A stretch of 63,805 bases of DNA, the filler included, from Vannella sp. (Eukaryota): NCBI GenBank assembly GCA_023345925.1. It is 6 parts of 6 records of this genome, joined end to end, with 100 filler letters (N's around TTAATTAATTAA, not from the genome) between each part and the next. Parts side by side here need not be neighbours in the genome. Positions count along the whole stretch, not along the records: positions 45,952 to 56,496 come from JAJQQN010000230.1; positions 56,597 to 63,805 come from JAJQQN010001360.1; 4 more parts are not named here. One strand, 5' to 3'. This document shows, one piece after another, positions 46,000 to 60,058 of the stretch (position 1 is the first letter of the stretch; each line of letters starts with the position of its first letter). The notes under the pieces were generated by a model. It made no database searches. It worked only from the letters and a program-made list of their open reading frames with translations, and was not told the origin of the DNA. The translations under genes and the position numbers were made by a program.

Positions 46000-48900
46000 A
46001 TGGGCCGAGCGGGGAAGGACAGGACAAAGTTTCAGCCATCAAGCTCGCTGCAAGCATTTAGTCAGGTCCAACAGACTGGCTTTGTGGGGTTCTCCTCTGG
46101 AAGACTGCCAGGCACGGCGGTAGAGGAGGTGAGCTGTGGTGCTCTCTTGGGTTCATTCAGATGCTGACTACTCTGAACGTAGTTGAGCGGTCAACTGCAA
46201 CTCACTTTCAAGAAGGCGGCGAAGAAGGATGCAACCACCAAGATCAAGGCTTTCTCTGAGTTGCAAGAGCTTTTCTTGACGCCAGAGGTTGATCAGAACA
46301 TCGACACATGCCTTGATCTTTGGGTAAGTGATCCTATGACACATAAGAAGGTGATATCTCATCCCACTCTGGTACAGTGCAACATCTTCAAGGGGCTTCT
46401 CCTTGATAGAGAGCGAAGGGCCCGTGAAATGGGCCTTAAAGCGCATGGAGCGATCATGCAGGTTGCAGGAAGAAGGATAGCACCTTATCTGAAGCGTCTT
46501 TGTGGCCCTTGGTTGCTTTTCCTTCATGACAGCAATCGGGCAACTCGATCCTTTGCCTCAAAGGCATTCTTCTCCTCCTTTCCGGAGAAGAAGCATGTCG
46601 AAACGTGGATCTATTGCAAGTCAGAGCTCCTTTCTTTCCTCACAGATCGTCTAGATCAACCAAAACTGGTACTTTGTATGTTTCCCATCAGTCCCATTTT
46701 GGCTGGCTTTTCTTACCCCTTTTAGGTCCTCCATCTCTTGCCAAAGGTGCTGAGGCCACAGAGATTTACGAAGAGAACATGGCTCAGTCTCTGTTGGCCC
46801 TCGGGTTTCTTTTGCGCACTTTACCAAGGGAAGAGACTGACAAAAGTCTCACAAAGTATGAGACCATTATCTCCAATTCCTCTTTCTGGAAGCTTATGCA
46901 GGAGGGTACTCTTGTACAATGCGCATTCCTCTCCTGTTTAGCTCACTCTATTGGTCTCCTTCCTCGTATGGGAGAACACAAAGAGAAGATCTTTAGTTTC
47001 TTTGTTGATGTTCTTCAGCGCAAGGACAAGGGAGCTTGTCAGCTCGTCTGGAAGCCTCTTATTACTTTCACTCGAGAGTGGCCAGAGCAATTCAGCCTCC
47101 TCCCCGCCAAGCTACTTCGTCAATTTGAAGCGAACTTGTTTTCTTTTCTTCGAGAGGGTGCTTGTGGCTCTGGAATCATCGCTTATCCATCTCTGGCTCC
47201 CCTTGCAGGAATTTTACCTCCTGCCATACTTCACTTGCACAAGGGAGACGAGGGGAAGTTCTTTGAGATGCTATTGCAAAGTTTGTGGAAAGGATCTGAA
47301 TGTAAAGGCGCTCTGGTAGAGCTGGTGGCGAGTTATATCGATATTTTCCTTCTCATGCTTGAGCGTGTTCATCTTATCTCTCAATCCGCATCAATGGACA
47401 GCCAAACTACCCCAACCTGGACTGCACTCATCCTGAAACCTTTAAGAGAGGTGCTCTCTTCCGAGGTGAGTTATTGATTGGCATCTCAAGAAAAATTCGT
47501 AACAGACCTGCTAGGCGTGGACAGAAGAGGTCTCAAAGCCAGTGAGTATCCAGTTTGCAAGAGTCTTCTCAGAGACCTCGAGGGGGTCCCATGACCAACC
47601 TTCCCTTTTCAAGCTTTTCAGTGACCTAGTCGTGGAGTGTCTCCAGATTTCGATGGAGACTCAAAGCCAGTCTTCTGCACGAAAGATTGCGTCCTTTGTG
47701 AGTGCTGCTTCCAACATTCATAACTCTGGTGTGGATCTTCAGCAAAAGGAGTTGATCGAAAAAGTCATTGGGTTTGTGAGCCAGAACGCTGCTCATCCCT
47801 CGAGTTTGGAGCTTCTGGCAGAGTTAATTCAGCAGATCCCTGTGACTCAACTCCTTCCCGAAGGTGTCTCATTGATTCAATACTTTAACCAGTCGCTTTC
47901 TCCTGCAATCACAGTTGTGTTTGAGGATAGATCAACTACACCCACGACTCTCACCGCCACTCTAGTTGTGATTGAGCAGATTCTCAAGCACTTTGAAGGG
48001 AAGAAAGATGCTCTAAATCATACGCATGTTTGGCGACTCAGTTTAGAGGCGCTGCAGAAAGCATCTAACATCTCCGCGCTGTTAACCTTCCTTAAGTTTA
48101 ACATTAATCCAGAGACACCCTCCTCACAGCGCACTTGCGCAGCTCTGGACCAGATTGTTCTGGAAGTAATCGATACCCAACAAACAGAGTGCAGTCTGGA
48201 GTCCAAGTTCCACTTCTTAACCTTTGCGATGGGAGGAATGACGATGACATCTCAGGGTTCCTTGGTCTCTCCTTCTGCTCGATTACAAGCTGTTTCCAAG
48301 TTGGCTGATCTTTGCCTTGCCTATCAGGATGAGAAGGTGCAACATATCATTCCATTCCATCGTGTGCAAGAAGTAGCTTTCAGCATCAAACTCCTTTCCG
48401 ACTGTATTTCCTCAAACTTACTTCCTCGGAAAGGGGACGCCTCTTTGATTCGCAAGCGATGTTTGCGCGCCTTTTTCATTCTCTCTGCCGATATCAAATA
48501 CTTTTGGAGTCAAATGGAGATTGATCTTGCTTCCTTCAAGGTCACTTCCAACAATGTTCATGCTGAGACAGAGTCTTATTTGGATTTCCTTCATTTCAAT
48601 GGTAAGCCAGTTAAGTAGGGAAATGGTTTGATGTAATGAGACGTTGTAGGGCATTCTGATGAACTCAAACGGTCTCCGATTGCTTTGGCCGCTTGTCACG
48701 CTTGGAACATGAATGCTCCAAGTCTTTCAACATTCTTACCAAAAGTTGAGCGCCTTGAATTCGTCCATGAGCTCATTTCCGATGTCCACCAAGAGATTCG
48801 CCGGGTTGATTCCCCATGGTTCCGGTAAGACTTGCAAGTTCCCAACATTGAAAGTATCATTCATTCTACCTAGGCCAGCTTTGCATACTCAACAAATCGG

Positions 48901-51338
48901 TCTCCTTGTGGACCTGGTGGAGCACTCAGCCACCCAGTTTGTTCTTGATGCTGCAATTCTATCAGAAAGTCAATGGAAGGAGATGAGAGGTACAGTTGGT
49001 AACGATATCGACCGTCTGGTTGATTATCACAAGTTGTCTTTGTCCTTCTTTACCACTGAAACGGTCACCGGGTCCTCCTCCTCACCGGAAGGGCGTTCTA
49101 CCTTCTATTCAAGAATGCTAACGTTTCTTGTCTGCTTGATGAAAGAACTGAGTGTGGAGGTTGTCATTGGAAAGTCGGATTACCGGCGAATCTGGACACT
49201 CCAAGAGGTTTATTCAGGTTATGTTTTATGCAAGGACTTGGCACCTCCAACTATTGACCACGCAAACGTATTGGAAGAAGAATGGGCCCAAGTTGGAGAG
49301 TATTTGTTGGAATTCTTGAACAAGCAAGTTCTAGTCTCGAGTGAAGAGTTAACCAGCCCCTTCCTCAAAGCACTTGTTCGGTCATGCCTTAATCGACTGA
49401 CAGCGACTGACAGAGATCTGCTAGAGGCGTACACCAGCGGGTACATCATAAGGAGGTGTATTAATGGCAATCACCTTCGCTCTGCTCAGTTCTTGGAGCT
49501 GTACGAGCCTCAGTTGTCTCAAGAGTTGAAACCAGGAGTTTCAAGTGTGGATGGAAAGGACCTTTGGTACTACCAAGCTGTTTTGCCTGAAGTTCTTGGC
49601 AACCTCAAATCAAACCAGCTCGAGGCACTTGGGCTCTTCCAATTGTATCAAGAGCTTGTCGAGTCAACAATGGGTCAGCAAGGAACTGTCCTGGTGTCCG
49701 AGACTCTCTTGCACTTCCTGGGAGCCGAGGGAATCCTTGATAGGGATAGAGCAGAGGTTATGGTGTCTCTGCTGATTTTCTTCTCTGAGTGGGAAGGCCA
49801 ATCTCTCCCCATTGTTCGAGAAGCAGGCTCAAGAGTGGAGTTAATCCGCTTAATTTTGGCCATTTTCGAGCATCCTCTGACCCAAGGGCCAGCCAGCCAA
49901 TTCAGTGACTTTGCAGCATCGTTTGCTGTTTCTTCAGTCAGCCCCTCAGCCTGGACTTCATCAGAGAGGGCGGCCGACCAAACACTCTTGTTTCACTCCT
50001 TGAAACTTGCCAAAGCAATTGGCAAGCGCCTCAGTCCACCACTGAGCCAAGCAGCCAAGGCAATGTGCGAATGGGAGATCTCATTGCTCACTAGAATATC
50101 AATGGAGGCCTCTTATTCCCCTTCTCGGGACTCTTTGTTCCAAGCGCTGAGCCAAGCCATACTAGCTCTTCCTGAAGAGGCATTTAGTATCGGCCAGGAC
50201 TCTCAGAAGAGAATGCTTCACATCATCCAACTGCCACACAGTGGATTACAGAAAGCTGCTTTTGCTATTCTGAGAGGTTCGATAATGCAAGCACCTGCTC
50301 TTAGCCTTCCAGAAAGCTCTGAAACAGGAAAAGGATTGTCAGACATGATTCCAGTCGAGCTCTCCGCCCTTATCGCCAACGCATCGCAAAACTGGATGAC
50401 CAAAGATGCGTTAGAGATGGAAGATGTTGGATATCAGTACCGGAGCTCCATTGTGGAGATGGTGGCTTGGTGTTGGGGTTGGCTTTTGCTTTGCCGCTTT
50501 TACTCCAAACAAAATGGAGCGGAGAGACGACTTCTGAGCACCGCTCTTCGATCCTTCATCCCACAATGGATGGGCTTCCTCTTCCGATATCTGGAGCTCC
50601 GCACTCCCAGGTGCGTTCCCAACTTGGAGGTTGACCTTGCAGGCTTCAACCCAGCTTTCACGGAGTCGCTGGATCAGTTTGTGTGCGACGCTTATCTCAC
50701 CACTCTCCGCACTTTCCCAGCCCTCGTACGGGAATGGTGGTGTGACGATTGCAATCGAGCCTTTACTCAGTATGTTGAAAGTTATACGACAAAGCTGTTC
50801 AGCCCCGTCCTTATCAAGCGAGAGATTGACGTTGTACACGGCTTCGAGCACGACTTTGATGACTTTGAAGTCAATGCCAACTCTCAATTGATGCAAGTGC
50901 AAGCTTTCTACGAGAAGGATGATGTCAAACTAGGCAGTAAGTGACCCTAAGAACTCTTCTCTCGTACTCATATGCTTGGGGACAGTTACACTAACGATTC
51001 CGGACGCTTATCCTTTGCGGGACATTATTGTGACTTCCGAGCGACTTGGAATCTCAGAAGCCCAGAGGCGCCAGCTTATTCTCTCCATGCATGTCCTATT
51101 GCATTCCCAAGATGCTACAGTCTTAGATGCGGTACTGTTGTGGAAGGGAGGCATGGAGAAGCGGTTCGAAGGAGTCGAAACATGCGTTATCTGCTATTCC
51201 ATCTTCCAAGATGCCAAGACTCCCCAACTCAAATGCAAGACCTGCAAGAACAAGTTCCACGCTGCCTGTCTCCACAAATGGTTTACCACGTCCCACAAGA
51301 GCAACTGTCCTCTCTGCCAGACGCCCTGGATGGCCTAA
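46000..51338 (+). CDS. LTN1: Listerin E3 ubiquitin ligase (ribosome quality control); multi-exon
   Basis: [50 protein letters not shown], and [38 protein letters not shown]. Confidence 0.95.
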
Positions 51339-51450
51339 AACCCAAAGTCCGAGACTCCCCTTTTCCCACCCACTAAATGACTTTTCCCTCTTTTCATAAT
51401 AGATTGCGGGTTTGGAGGGATTAAAGGGAAGCTTTTCTTACCTGCCCCGC

Positions 51451-53927
51451 ATGCTGAGGGGTGGTCGCCTGGCTAAGGTGGCTGTTCCTTCGTGGTATGG
51501 GCCATCAAGAGCGTTTGCAGAGTATTCGGAGAGGCCTGTGCCAAAGAGCCAGCGTAAACCGCTGGTCCACGGTGTGTTGTACGATCCAGTGGCTGTGAGG
51601 GATATCAAGATGTACCGTCTTGCCAAGGAGTGGCACGTCTTCAAGCGACGATACGAAGGATCGCTAATGGAGGCATATAAGACCTTCTTGTTTGAAAGCG
51701 AGGAGGCACGCGTAACAGAGAAGAAGGAAAAACGAAAGGAGCGCCGAGATGAGACGGCAGAGATCCGCCATCGCCATCATCTCCTTCAAAAGAAGAAACA
51801 CGCCCTTCTACGAGACGCCTTGATCATCCGCCCTTGGTAAGACGCCTCTCCTTCGCTTGCAGCTCCAGTACTTGATCGCTCATCCTCTCTTGGCGCCTTT
51901 CAGGGAGAAAGCCATCCAGAACATGGAAGACACCTTCAACTGGTCCATGCTGAAGAACCCCTTCACTGGGCAGACTGATGAGAACTCCAAGTACAATGTG
52001 CACTCCCACTTTACTCCCACAACACTCCTCCCCGTCGAGAGTTGGCTGTTCTTCAACCGCACGCATTGGGGACAGATCCCATTCATTTCCGTTCGTTCTT
52101 CTCTCTCTATCACTGTTTTGGTGGAGCCTAATCAGCTGGGATCTGACACGTAGAACGTTTACAATCCTCCTGAGGACTCCTTAGCGGGTCTGATGCGCAT
52201 GTCAGCACAAGATCAACATGAAGGAGACTCTTCGGATGATGAAGAGCTCTTTGACACCTTAGGAAGCCTCAAGGGCGAAAAGCCAGAGGTTGGAGCTCGT
52301 GATGAGAACGGAGAGCTGAAAGAGCACATGATTCTCGAGCCTGAGACTGCCAAGATGGCCCTAGACCATGCCAATCAATTCTCTGTACTTCGTAATGAGC
52401 GTGAATCCTCCATCAACTGGATTCCCCGCACTGAGCACGGTTACACTCTCGAGTCAGAGCTCCCCAACCCTATTCCAGAGCCAGAAGTGGAAGCTACGGA
52501 CACAGATATTGGAGAGGAAGACTTTATGGACAATGCAGACAGTGAAGGGGCCTATGTGAGCCCCCTCGCCGCACAAATGAAGGACTTGATGACTCCCCGC
52601 GAGGGATCCCTGCAAAAAGGCGAAACGCTGTTGATGAACCCGATGTCCACTGCAGTGGAGCGACAAGGAGTCTATGATTCCGTTCAACTGCTGCTGAATA
52701 TGCCTGATCAAGGCCAAGTGAAGCGATGGAAGAGGAAAGTTTCCCCACGCTACCTCGAGCTCATCCTAGAGGGTGCCCAGCGCGCAGGCCTGTCCGCACC
52801 TGACTTCAACTTCCTTAAGTCCTTCTTGAAGGACCAACGAAACGACAGCAACGAACAACTGGAGCGCTTCCGGGACATCATCTCGCCTGGCTTCCGCGAG
52901 AAGCTCCTGGCGACTTTGGATATCGAAGAGGACTTGAAAGAGTATGGCAAAGTGCGTGCCTTCTTCGAGGATGGCACCTCCCAGATCATCGATGACGATG
53001 CTGTTGCGGAGGAAATGGACGGCAACGGCGTTGCCATCCCCAAGAAGGAGAATGTTCTTCGCTCCCGCATTGCGGAGATCCTTTCTGAGACTGATACGGA
53101 CTCTGAGAATAGCGACAGTGACGTAGAGGTGGAAGAGTTTGATCTCGCGGAGTCCCCTGTTGATGCTACCCGTGATGACAATGACGAGTTGGAGTTCGAT
53201 CAAGCAGAGACCAGGGCATCGGCAGACTACTTCATTGACTACGCCTTCCGCCTGAAGAAGGTTCTGAACTTCCAAATGCGCGAGCAGTTGATGGAATACG
53301 GGCTTATCAGTGGGTTGGACGATGAATACCTCCTTGTTGACCCTCCCAAACTTCATGTCGACTTGGATCCTTGCGTAGAGATCGTCCACGTGAGCCACAT
53401 TCAATCCCTCACTCGATACGACCGTTTAGAGCATGTCCAGCGCAAGGTCATCTTCAAGGTTCGTACCAGCACCCAGGAGCCCCTCATGAGTGATGTCTAA
53501 CCCCTGATAGATCAAGATGGCCTACCTTAACTTCCCTCCCGAAGTAATGGAGCGGTTCGCGGAGATTGTCGGTCGCCGCTATGATCCAACGACTGGAGTG
53601 TTCCGCTACATCTCCAAAGCACAGCACAACAAGCATCAGAACACCATTCATGGTATCCGCCAGATCCGCAAGCTCTTTGAAGCATCTTTCGAGGCCTCTT
53701 CGTTGTACTTGCCAGTGGAGGAGACGACTCGCCTTCCTGAAGAGACAGTAGCAGAGTGCCCAGTCCAATTGAAAGTGTATGAGATGTACGAAGACCCATA
53801 CGTTCGCCCTAAGCCTTGGTTGCCAGAGGCGAAGCGTCTCAAGCCCCGAGAACCTTACTTTGTCTTCCGTCCATTCCCCTTCGGCTGGACACCTCCCAAA
53901 GAGCCTGCATCATCAGCAACTCTTTGA
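51451..53927 (+). CDS. Mitochondrial ribosomal protein mS35-like with long acidic N-terminal extension; multi-exon
   Basis: Presequence MLRGGRLAK; C-terminal RKVIFK|IK..L..EIVGRRYDPTTG..ISK..QN resembles the mS35/Rsm24 conserved domain; frames join through three introns. Confidence 0.65.
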
Positions 53928-54034
53928 CCAACTCCCTCACACTAAACCCCTTCACCTTGCCTGGCCCTAAACCCTCGTTGACTATTCATGACTTTGTGTT
54001 TGGTCCGTGTGGTCTGGCTCGCTCATTTTCTGTT

Positions 54035-54830
54035 ATGGAGCGCAGGGGAAAGACTGAGGCGACACCAAGTGAGATGATGAGCCCTTCTCATCCTGAGCAC
54101 GACCTCTCTGTGATGAACAATTGGTTCGATTTGTTCCGGAATAACCGACTTTGGGCTGCTTCGACTGAAAAGAAGGATCCTGAGTACTTTCAAAGGCTTG
54201 CTGCGGCGCAGGTATACTCGAGTGTCCATGATTGGGAGGTTATTGACTTCAAAACTCCAGAGCCCACCCTTCTTCTATGTGGGATGCTGCGACTCTCGCT
54301 TGCCTCTGAATACCTTCACCAGAAGTGGTCCTGGACACTTCTTTGTGCACCGAAACATCGCCAATCAGATCCACCATAACGACATCAACCTCCTCGCCTC
54401 TTTGGAGTACGCTGTGAACTTCCTGGGTGTCGAGCACATCATTGTAGCGGGCCATTACCGTTGTGGTGGTATCCGTGCTTCAGTTCATGGTGTCTCAAGC
54501 GGAGTCATTGGGAGCTGGGTACAACCAATTCGTTTGACGTACCTCGCCCATCGTGATAGCTTGGACGTGGATAACGAAGAGCACCTCCTTGATCAACTGT
54601 CCGAGCTGAACGCCGTTGAGCAGTGCAAGAGCTTGCTTGGCACCAAGATCATGCTTGATCGCATTGAGGCAGGGCAGAGCGTCCCCACCATTCACGCCGC
54701 GATCATCGATCTTGGAACAGGGCACATCAACGAACTTCCCCTTCCCCTTCAACAGTGGAGGGACCAGAAGTTAATCCCACAAAGCTACAACAACAACGGC
54801 TACGAGCCATGCGACATCACGACCAAGTAG
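54035..54830 (+). CDS. Beta-class carbonic anhydrase (one intron)
   Basis: NNRLWA..DPEYFQRLA, GCCDSR, FVHRNIAN, LEYAV and GHYRCGG zinc motifs. Confidence 0.95.
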
Positions 54831-54874
54831 ACACTCAGCGAAAGGAAGAGTGTATAAAAAGGGTAACCAGAGTC

Positions 54875-56326
54875 CTACTCGCTCTCGTCATCATCGTCAT
54901 CATCATCATCATCGTCGTCATCGTCCTCGTCCTCATCGGAGGGTTCGGCAGGAGCTTCCTCCTTGGAGACTTCCTTGGAGGCTTCCTTGGAGGCTTCCTT
55001 TGATGGTTCGGCTTCAGAAGATTCAGCCTCAGAAGGCTCTGCAGCAGGAGCTGCCTTTGGTGAGCTCTTTTCGTCCTCGTCTTCCTCCTCGTCATCGTCT
55101 TCGGCCTCAGCAACTGCAGCAGCGTCTACGCCTCGTTGACCAGCTTCAGGTGCCCCCTCGAACTCTTCCAAGAAGAACTTGAGAGAAGGAACGCCACGTT
55201 CAATAGAGCGCATCTGAGGCAGCCAGTCCCACGAGTCTTTCTGCAGGAAGGATCAGTAAGCTACATGTGGGTGGTGTGCAGAGCAGAGTACGTACGGGAG
55301 CAGATCGGAGCTCTTGGCAGGTAGCACAGGGACCGCACATAACTCCCAAGAGGCAATCACCGAACATGAATCGGGGATCTCCTGCACCGTTCTGTCCTCT
55401 GTAGTTGTGTCGAGTAGCTGTGCGGAGGAGCAAGCAAGGAACTGAGTTGAAAGGAGGAATGGGGAAGAATGCTGCGCACAATCCAGCCACACAGTAAGGC
55501 AGAACATGGCCACTGAGGGTCCAGTCTTGCTTGAGAGATGTGGCATAGAACTTGGACAATGTACAGAGGGAGAAGCAAGGCAACAACCAGCAAGCAGCGC
55601 ATTTGATTGCGTCCATTGGGTTGCAAGGCTCACCGCAGCAGGGCTGGCAGTCCCAAATGTTCCAGCAATCGTTCTCTCCCTGAGGATTCCAGCGAGCGTA
55701 GGGATGGAGACCAGACTGGCCATCCTTTTGAACAATTGTCTCTTCGTTCTGACCATTGAGGACACCATTGACCCAGCAACCGAGGATACTTCCACACGCA
55801 CCGCAGAAAGAGAGGATTGAAGCAACAAGCAAGATGATCGTCTCGAACAAAGAGTTCTTCACCATGTAACGCTCCTGTAAGAGGGCGCGGTTACCACCGA
55901 TGGCGCATCCAGTACAGCAGATGACTTCGGCCATCAGGCAGAAATGAGGCACCTTCTGAGCCAGACTGTTACACCAGCACTTGCCGTACTTTCCTTGACA
56001 GCAGCTGTAGCTCTCGTGCATCTTTCCAGCCAGAAGGAACTCGCGTTGGTTGAAAGCCATGCAGCAAGGTGCGCAGCAACCAGCAAGGTAGTATTGAGGT
56101 CTCTCACAAGGTACCTTACAGAGTTGAATAGACCAAGGACCTAGAACCCAACGGTCAAAACCAAAGAAAAGAGAAACCACCGTTCGAGGGACTCACCTTT
56201 CTCTCTCTTGTCAAAGCACATCCCGAGATCGAAGACGTTCTTCTGGATCCAAAGGAGCTTTCCTTCCAATCCATAGTTCTGATCTGGACCAAGTGGTGCT
56301 TGTGATGCCGCTGCTTCTTCAGACAT
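54875..56326 (-). CDS. Cys-rich PLAC8/cornifelin-like membrane protein with two modules and an acidic tail
   Basis: GCCAPCC..NRALLQERY and GDCLLGVMCGPCATCQELR motifs; final exon with EASK repeats and poly-Asp. Confidence 0.7.
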
Positions 56327-56596
56327 GGCAAACGAGATGGAAAAGAATGATCAACCAACCAACCAAAGTCCCGCCAAAGTTGGCCGTACCGGTGTACTAA
56401 TAACCGCCACCCTTCCAATCCTCCCAACTATTAAAGCGATTTACATTTTGTCACGAATTCGGAAACGGGGAGAAAAAAGGAAGGCCCTCAATCAAGNNNN
56501 NNNNNNNNNNNNNNNNNNNNNNNNNNNNNNNNNNNNNNNNTTAATTAATTAANNNNNNNNNNNNNNNNNNNNNNNNNNNNNNNNNNNNNNNNNNNN

Positions 56597-57196
56597 TTGA
56601 ATGGCACAGTTATGCAGAATGGACCATTCCTCAAGAGCAGAGGCAGATCTTGCAATGCACTCAGCCACCTGTTCCGGTATCCAATCGATCAATTCTCCAA
56701 CCCCTGTGCGGTACCTACGTTTTGACTTAGGAGGAATGGTCCACGACGTGGCTTGAGGTTCGACGACTTGGCACCTATCAGGGTTCCCCTTCTCAGTGTT
56801 GTCTCCGTGACTGACCTCTCGAAGCCATTCAGATCTCTGATGCCAAGCCTCTCGTATGCAGACTGTGAGCTGTTCTGCAACATGGCTGATCGGTGGGTCC
56901 TGAAGAAAAGGCGTGTGACCCAATGGCTGGCAGAAGCCGGGAGCATTGGCCTGTCTGTCACATCTTGGATGATATCCTTGCTGAATACCTGCTGGCTCTC
57001 TCTCTCCTGGGGGCTGAGGACTTCCTGCAAAAGGAACGGGCGCATGAGTGGAGCTTGAAGGAAGTCTTGGCTGAACTTTAGGATCAGTGGTTAGAGGCTC
57101 TAGGACCTTGAGATTGCTTCTCATCTCCTCTCTGCCCTGCAATAACGAGACCACCAGCAACAGAGAAAGGATGAGACAAAACGACCAAGCGCGCAT
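56597..57196 (-). CDS. Hypothetical secreted or type II membrane protein, 3'-truncated
   Basis: MRAWSFCLILSLLLVVSLL hydrophobic start; ORF stays open to the contig end. Confidence 0.45.
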
Positions 57197-57385
57197 GGTG
57201 GTCCCGCAGTGCATGGTTGGACCAAATATCACTTTCTTACGCTATTGTATCGTAATTTGTACGAAGGGAAACGTGCTTCAATGATGACCAAAGGAGAGAA
57301 TTGCGAAAGGGGACCCTAAACCCTAAACCCTGTTTCTCTCCCAAGAACGCTGTTTTCATTCAAGCTGTTTCGTTCCCTCTCCTCT

Positions 57386-58559
57386 ATGATATCATTCAAT
57401 GGGGTCAGGTTGGGGTCTAACGCGGACGTTTGTGAGTTTGGTTGTCTCTGGTCGAGGCTGATCCGCTGGGGACAGGAAAGTAGGCAGTCTCTTCATCCTA
57501 CTCTCCGCATTGATATTCTCTGTGATGACGTATCTGGTGCGGGCCGCAGGGGATCGCGGGATCCCTTCCTACCAAATGATGGTGACGAGGTGCTGTCTTC
57601 AGACCGTATACAGTGGTTACATATGCTTATGGCTCAACATCAACCCTTTTGGGCCCAAAGGAAAGCGTTTCTGGCCCTTTATGAGGGGGCTTGTTGGTCC
57701 TTTTGGCGAGAGTGAGCTCCTCCCTATCTACCAACCCCGCTAATGAGCCGCAGGTTCACTCTACTTTGGAGCCACACACATAGCCATTGCAGATGCTACC
57801 GTTTTGATGTTCTCCAGCTCCGTATGGACGCCATTTGTAGCGAGAATTATGTTGTCAGAGCCGTTTCGGGCAGTTTATTGCGGTGCAATCGTATCCGGCT
57901 TCGCAGGAGTAGTCTTTGTTGCTCAACCTCCATTCATCTTCCACTATATACAAGAATGGACCGGAATCACGGTCGCCACTGAGAGTGACAGCGACAAAGC
58001 CCAGCCTGGATCTTTGGACTACACCCTGGCTGCACTTGTGTGTGTATTTGGTGCCATAGTTGCATCTTCCGTCTATGCCATTATCCGAAAGACAGGGGGA
58101 ATGGTGCACTACCAGGTTCTGGTCTTCTACTATGGAATCATTGGGACATTCTCTTCCTCTTTGATGTTGTTTCTCTTTCAGTGGCCTCCAGTGAATCCGC
58201 CTGACCTTCTAACTTGGGTCTTGCTCGTTGCTATTGGACTGTGTGGCTGTTTAGGGCATACAACGTTGAACCTGGGGGCTCAGCTAGTGGATGCCTCCCG
58301 AACCGCCGTCCTCCGCAACGCAGACATTGCTTTCGTGCTTCTTTGGCAAGTTGTTTTGCTTCACCAGCTCCCCACACTGTGGAGTTGGATCGGGCTAATG
58401 CTCATCTGTATCAGCACTCTCTTTGGGGCACTCACTAAAGCCAAACCATCTGCCACTCCAGACCCCACCGACGAAGAGCTCCAAGAGATTCCCTCACCCT
58501 CCAAATCCACTCCCTCCAGTGACACCCAACAAGATACGACCCCCAACCCCCTCCCATGA
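57386..58559 (+). CDS. DMT/EamA-family transporter (SLC35G-like); start uncertain
   Basis: About 10 TM helices; ADATVLMFSSSVWT..LSEP and PTLWSWIGLMLI motifs. Confidence 0.8.
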
Positions 58560-58719
58560 GGCCAACCACATCCATTCCAATCCTTCCAAGTGAGATACAT
58601 TCCTTTCTCAGACCGTTCTGGAGACCTCGCCTTTGCCTCCCCGACCCTTCTCCTCTTGGAATATGCATTGAATAATGGTTTGGGGATGACAGCGTCATTT
58701 CTTCTCTGTAGGCTGGCGG

Positions 58720-59495
58720 ATGACGTCTCCCTTGTTGGAAGAGTGCTCGCTGCATGGGATCGTTCCTGAGTCCGCCTTGGAGCAGATTCTCAATCGCTTG
58801 AAGCAGATTAGTAGCAAGAGCTTCGGGGCGTACTGTAGCCTGGTCGCTATGGCCATTCCTTCCCCTGGTAAGCGGGAGTGAGGATGTGGGAGGTGCTCAC
58901 ATGCCCCAAGATCTCAAGGAGATGAGGGATACCCGCCTTCGTATCTCTAAAGACCGCCCTGACACTGGTAATCGAGTCCATCCCTCGTGGAGACTGGAAG
59001 TCCTTGGCCGCCCAAAGTTGATCCCTAAAGGGGCTCCAACAGACTCCCCTCTCTTCGAGATGGCTCTTATTCGCACCATACGCTCTTGGGAGAGTGCCAG
59101 TGAGCCTTTCTCTTTCCTACAAGCACTAGGATATCAGTATGCTCCCCCGAACTCGACCACTTTGGGCTCATTCGGCGATTAGGGTGACGGGAGAGTTCCA
59201 ACGAGAAGGACACGCGTTCCTCTTAGGATCAGTTATATGTCGGATCAGTCGAACACTGCACCAGCACGTAGTGGACCGATCAAAAGCCCGAACACATCCC
59301 CAACCCACGGACGAGACTCTTTGGCACGTTGAAGTAGTCCAATGCATTGAACGGGGCTCCACCCCCAAACAAGCCTCCGAGGCTCTTGTCCATTGCGCCA
59401 ATCTCCTTTCCCAGTACGTCCAAGTGTCTTGTCCGTCCCCAAACGTCCTAACACTCCTCAAGATGGGTCCAATTCGACAAGATCAACGTCAATGA
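58720..59495 (+). CDS. MED18: Mediator subunit Med18-like; two introns
   Basis: ECSLHGIV..LEQILNRL, FLQALGY|..EFQREGHAF, WHVEV and ANLLSQYVQV pattern of Med18. Confidence 0.65.
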
Positions 59496-60058
59496 GCTCT
59501 TCAAGCTACAAGTTGATCAACTTCCCTCCCCACCCAACGATGCCAAATAGACCCAGCCCATCACATCGATCCATCGAGCGAGTGCACTCCAAGTTCTTCA
59601 CATGAAGGGGCATGCGTTTGTAGCATCGATGCCACAGTCATGAACTTGGCATAGAAGGACAGTATGATCATTTGATGTTGGCTAGTGAGGTTCTGGTAGC
59701 TCGAATGGTCGCCCGGTGGATTCTGAGAGTTAGTAGGGACTGCTGCATTGCTCGGTCTCTGGTTCTCCATCACCGGACCAAATCCACGTCATCTCACAGG
59801 AATCCATGTGCTTATCATTTGAAAGTCCACTTCTGAGGGTCTCAGTGCAGGTTGCCCCGTTAACGGATTCTCTCAGATTCGGTCACGTGACTCACAGACG
59901 ACAGTCAATCCTGTAGGAGAAATCAGATGGCTCTGATTATGTGGTTGTATAAAACAATCCCGTTTGTAACTTCTCATGGAGGCAATTAGAAGTGAGAGTA
60001 AATATCTAGATATTTCTGGAAACGTAAGGAGGAGCGCAGATCCATCTCATTCTTTGCC

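Noticed and set aside
54880..55100. TCA/TCG microsatellite and 12-bp repeats
   Set aside because: They encode the poly-Asp and EASK low-complexity tail of the PLAC8-like protein
59561..59773. 70-aa minus-strand ORF
   Set aside because: No motif or splice support for a call
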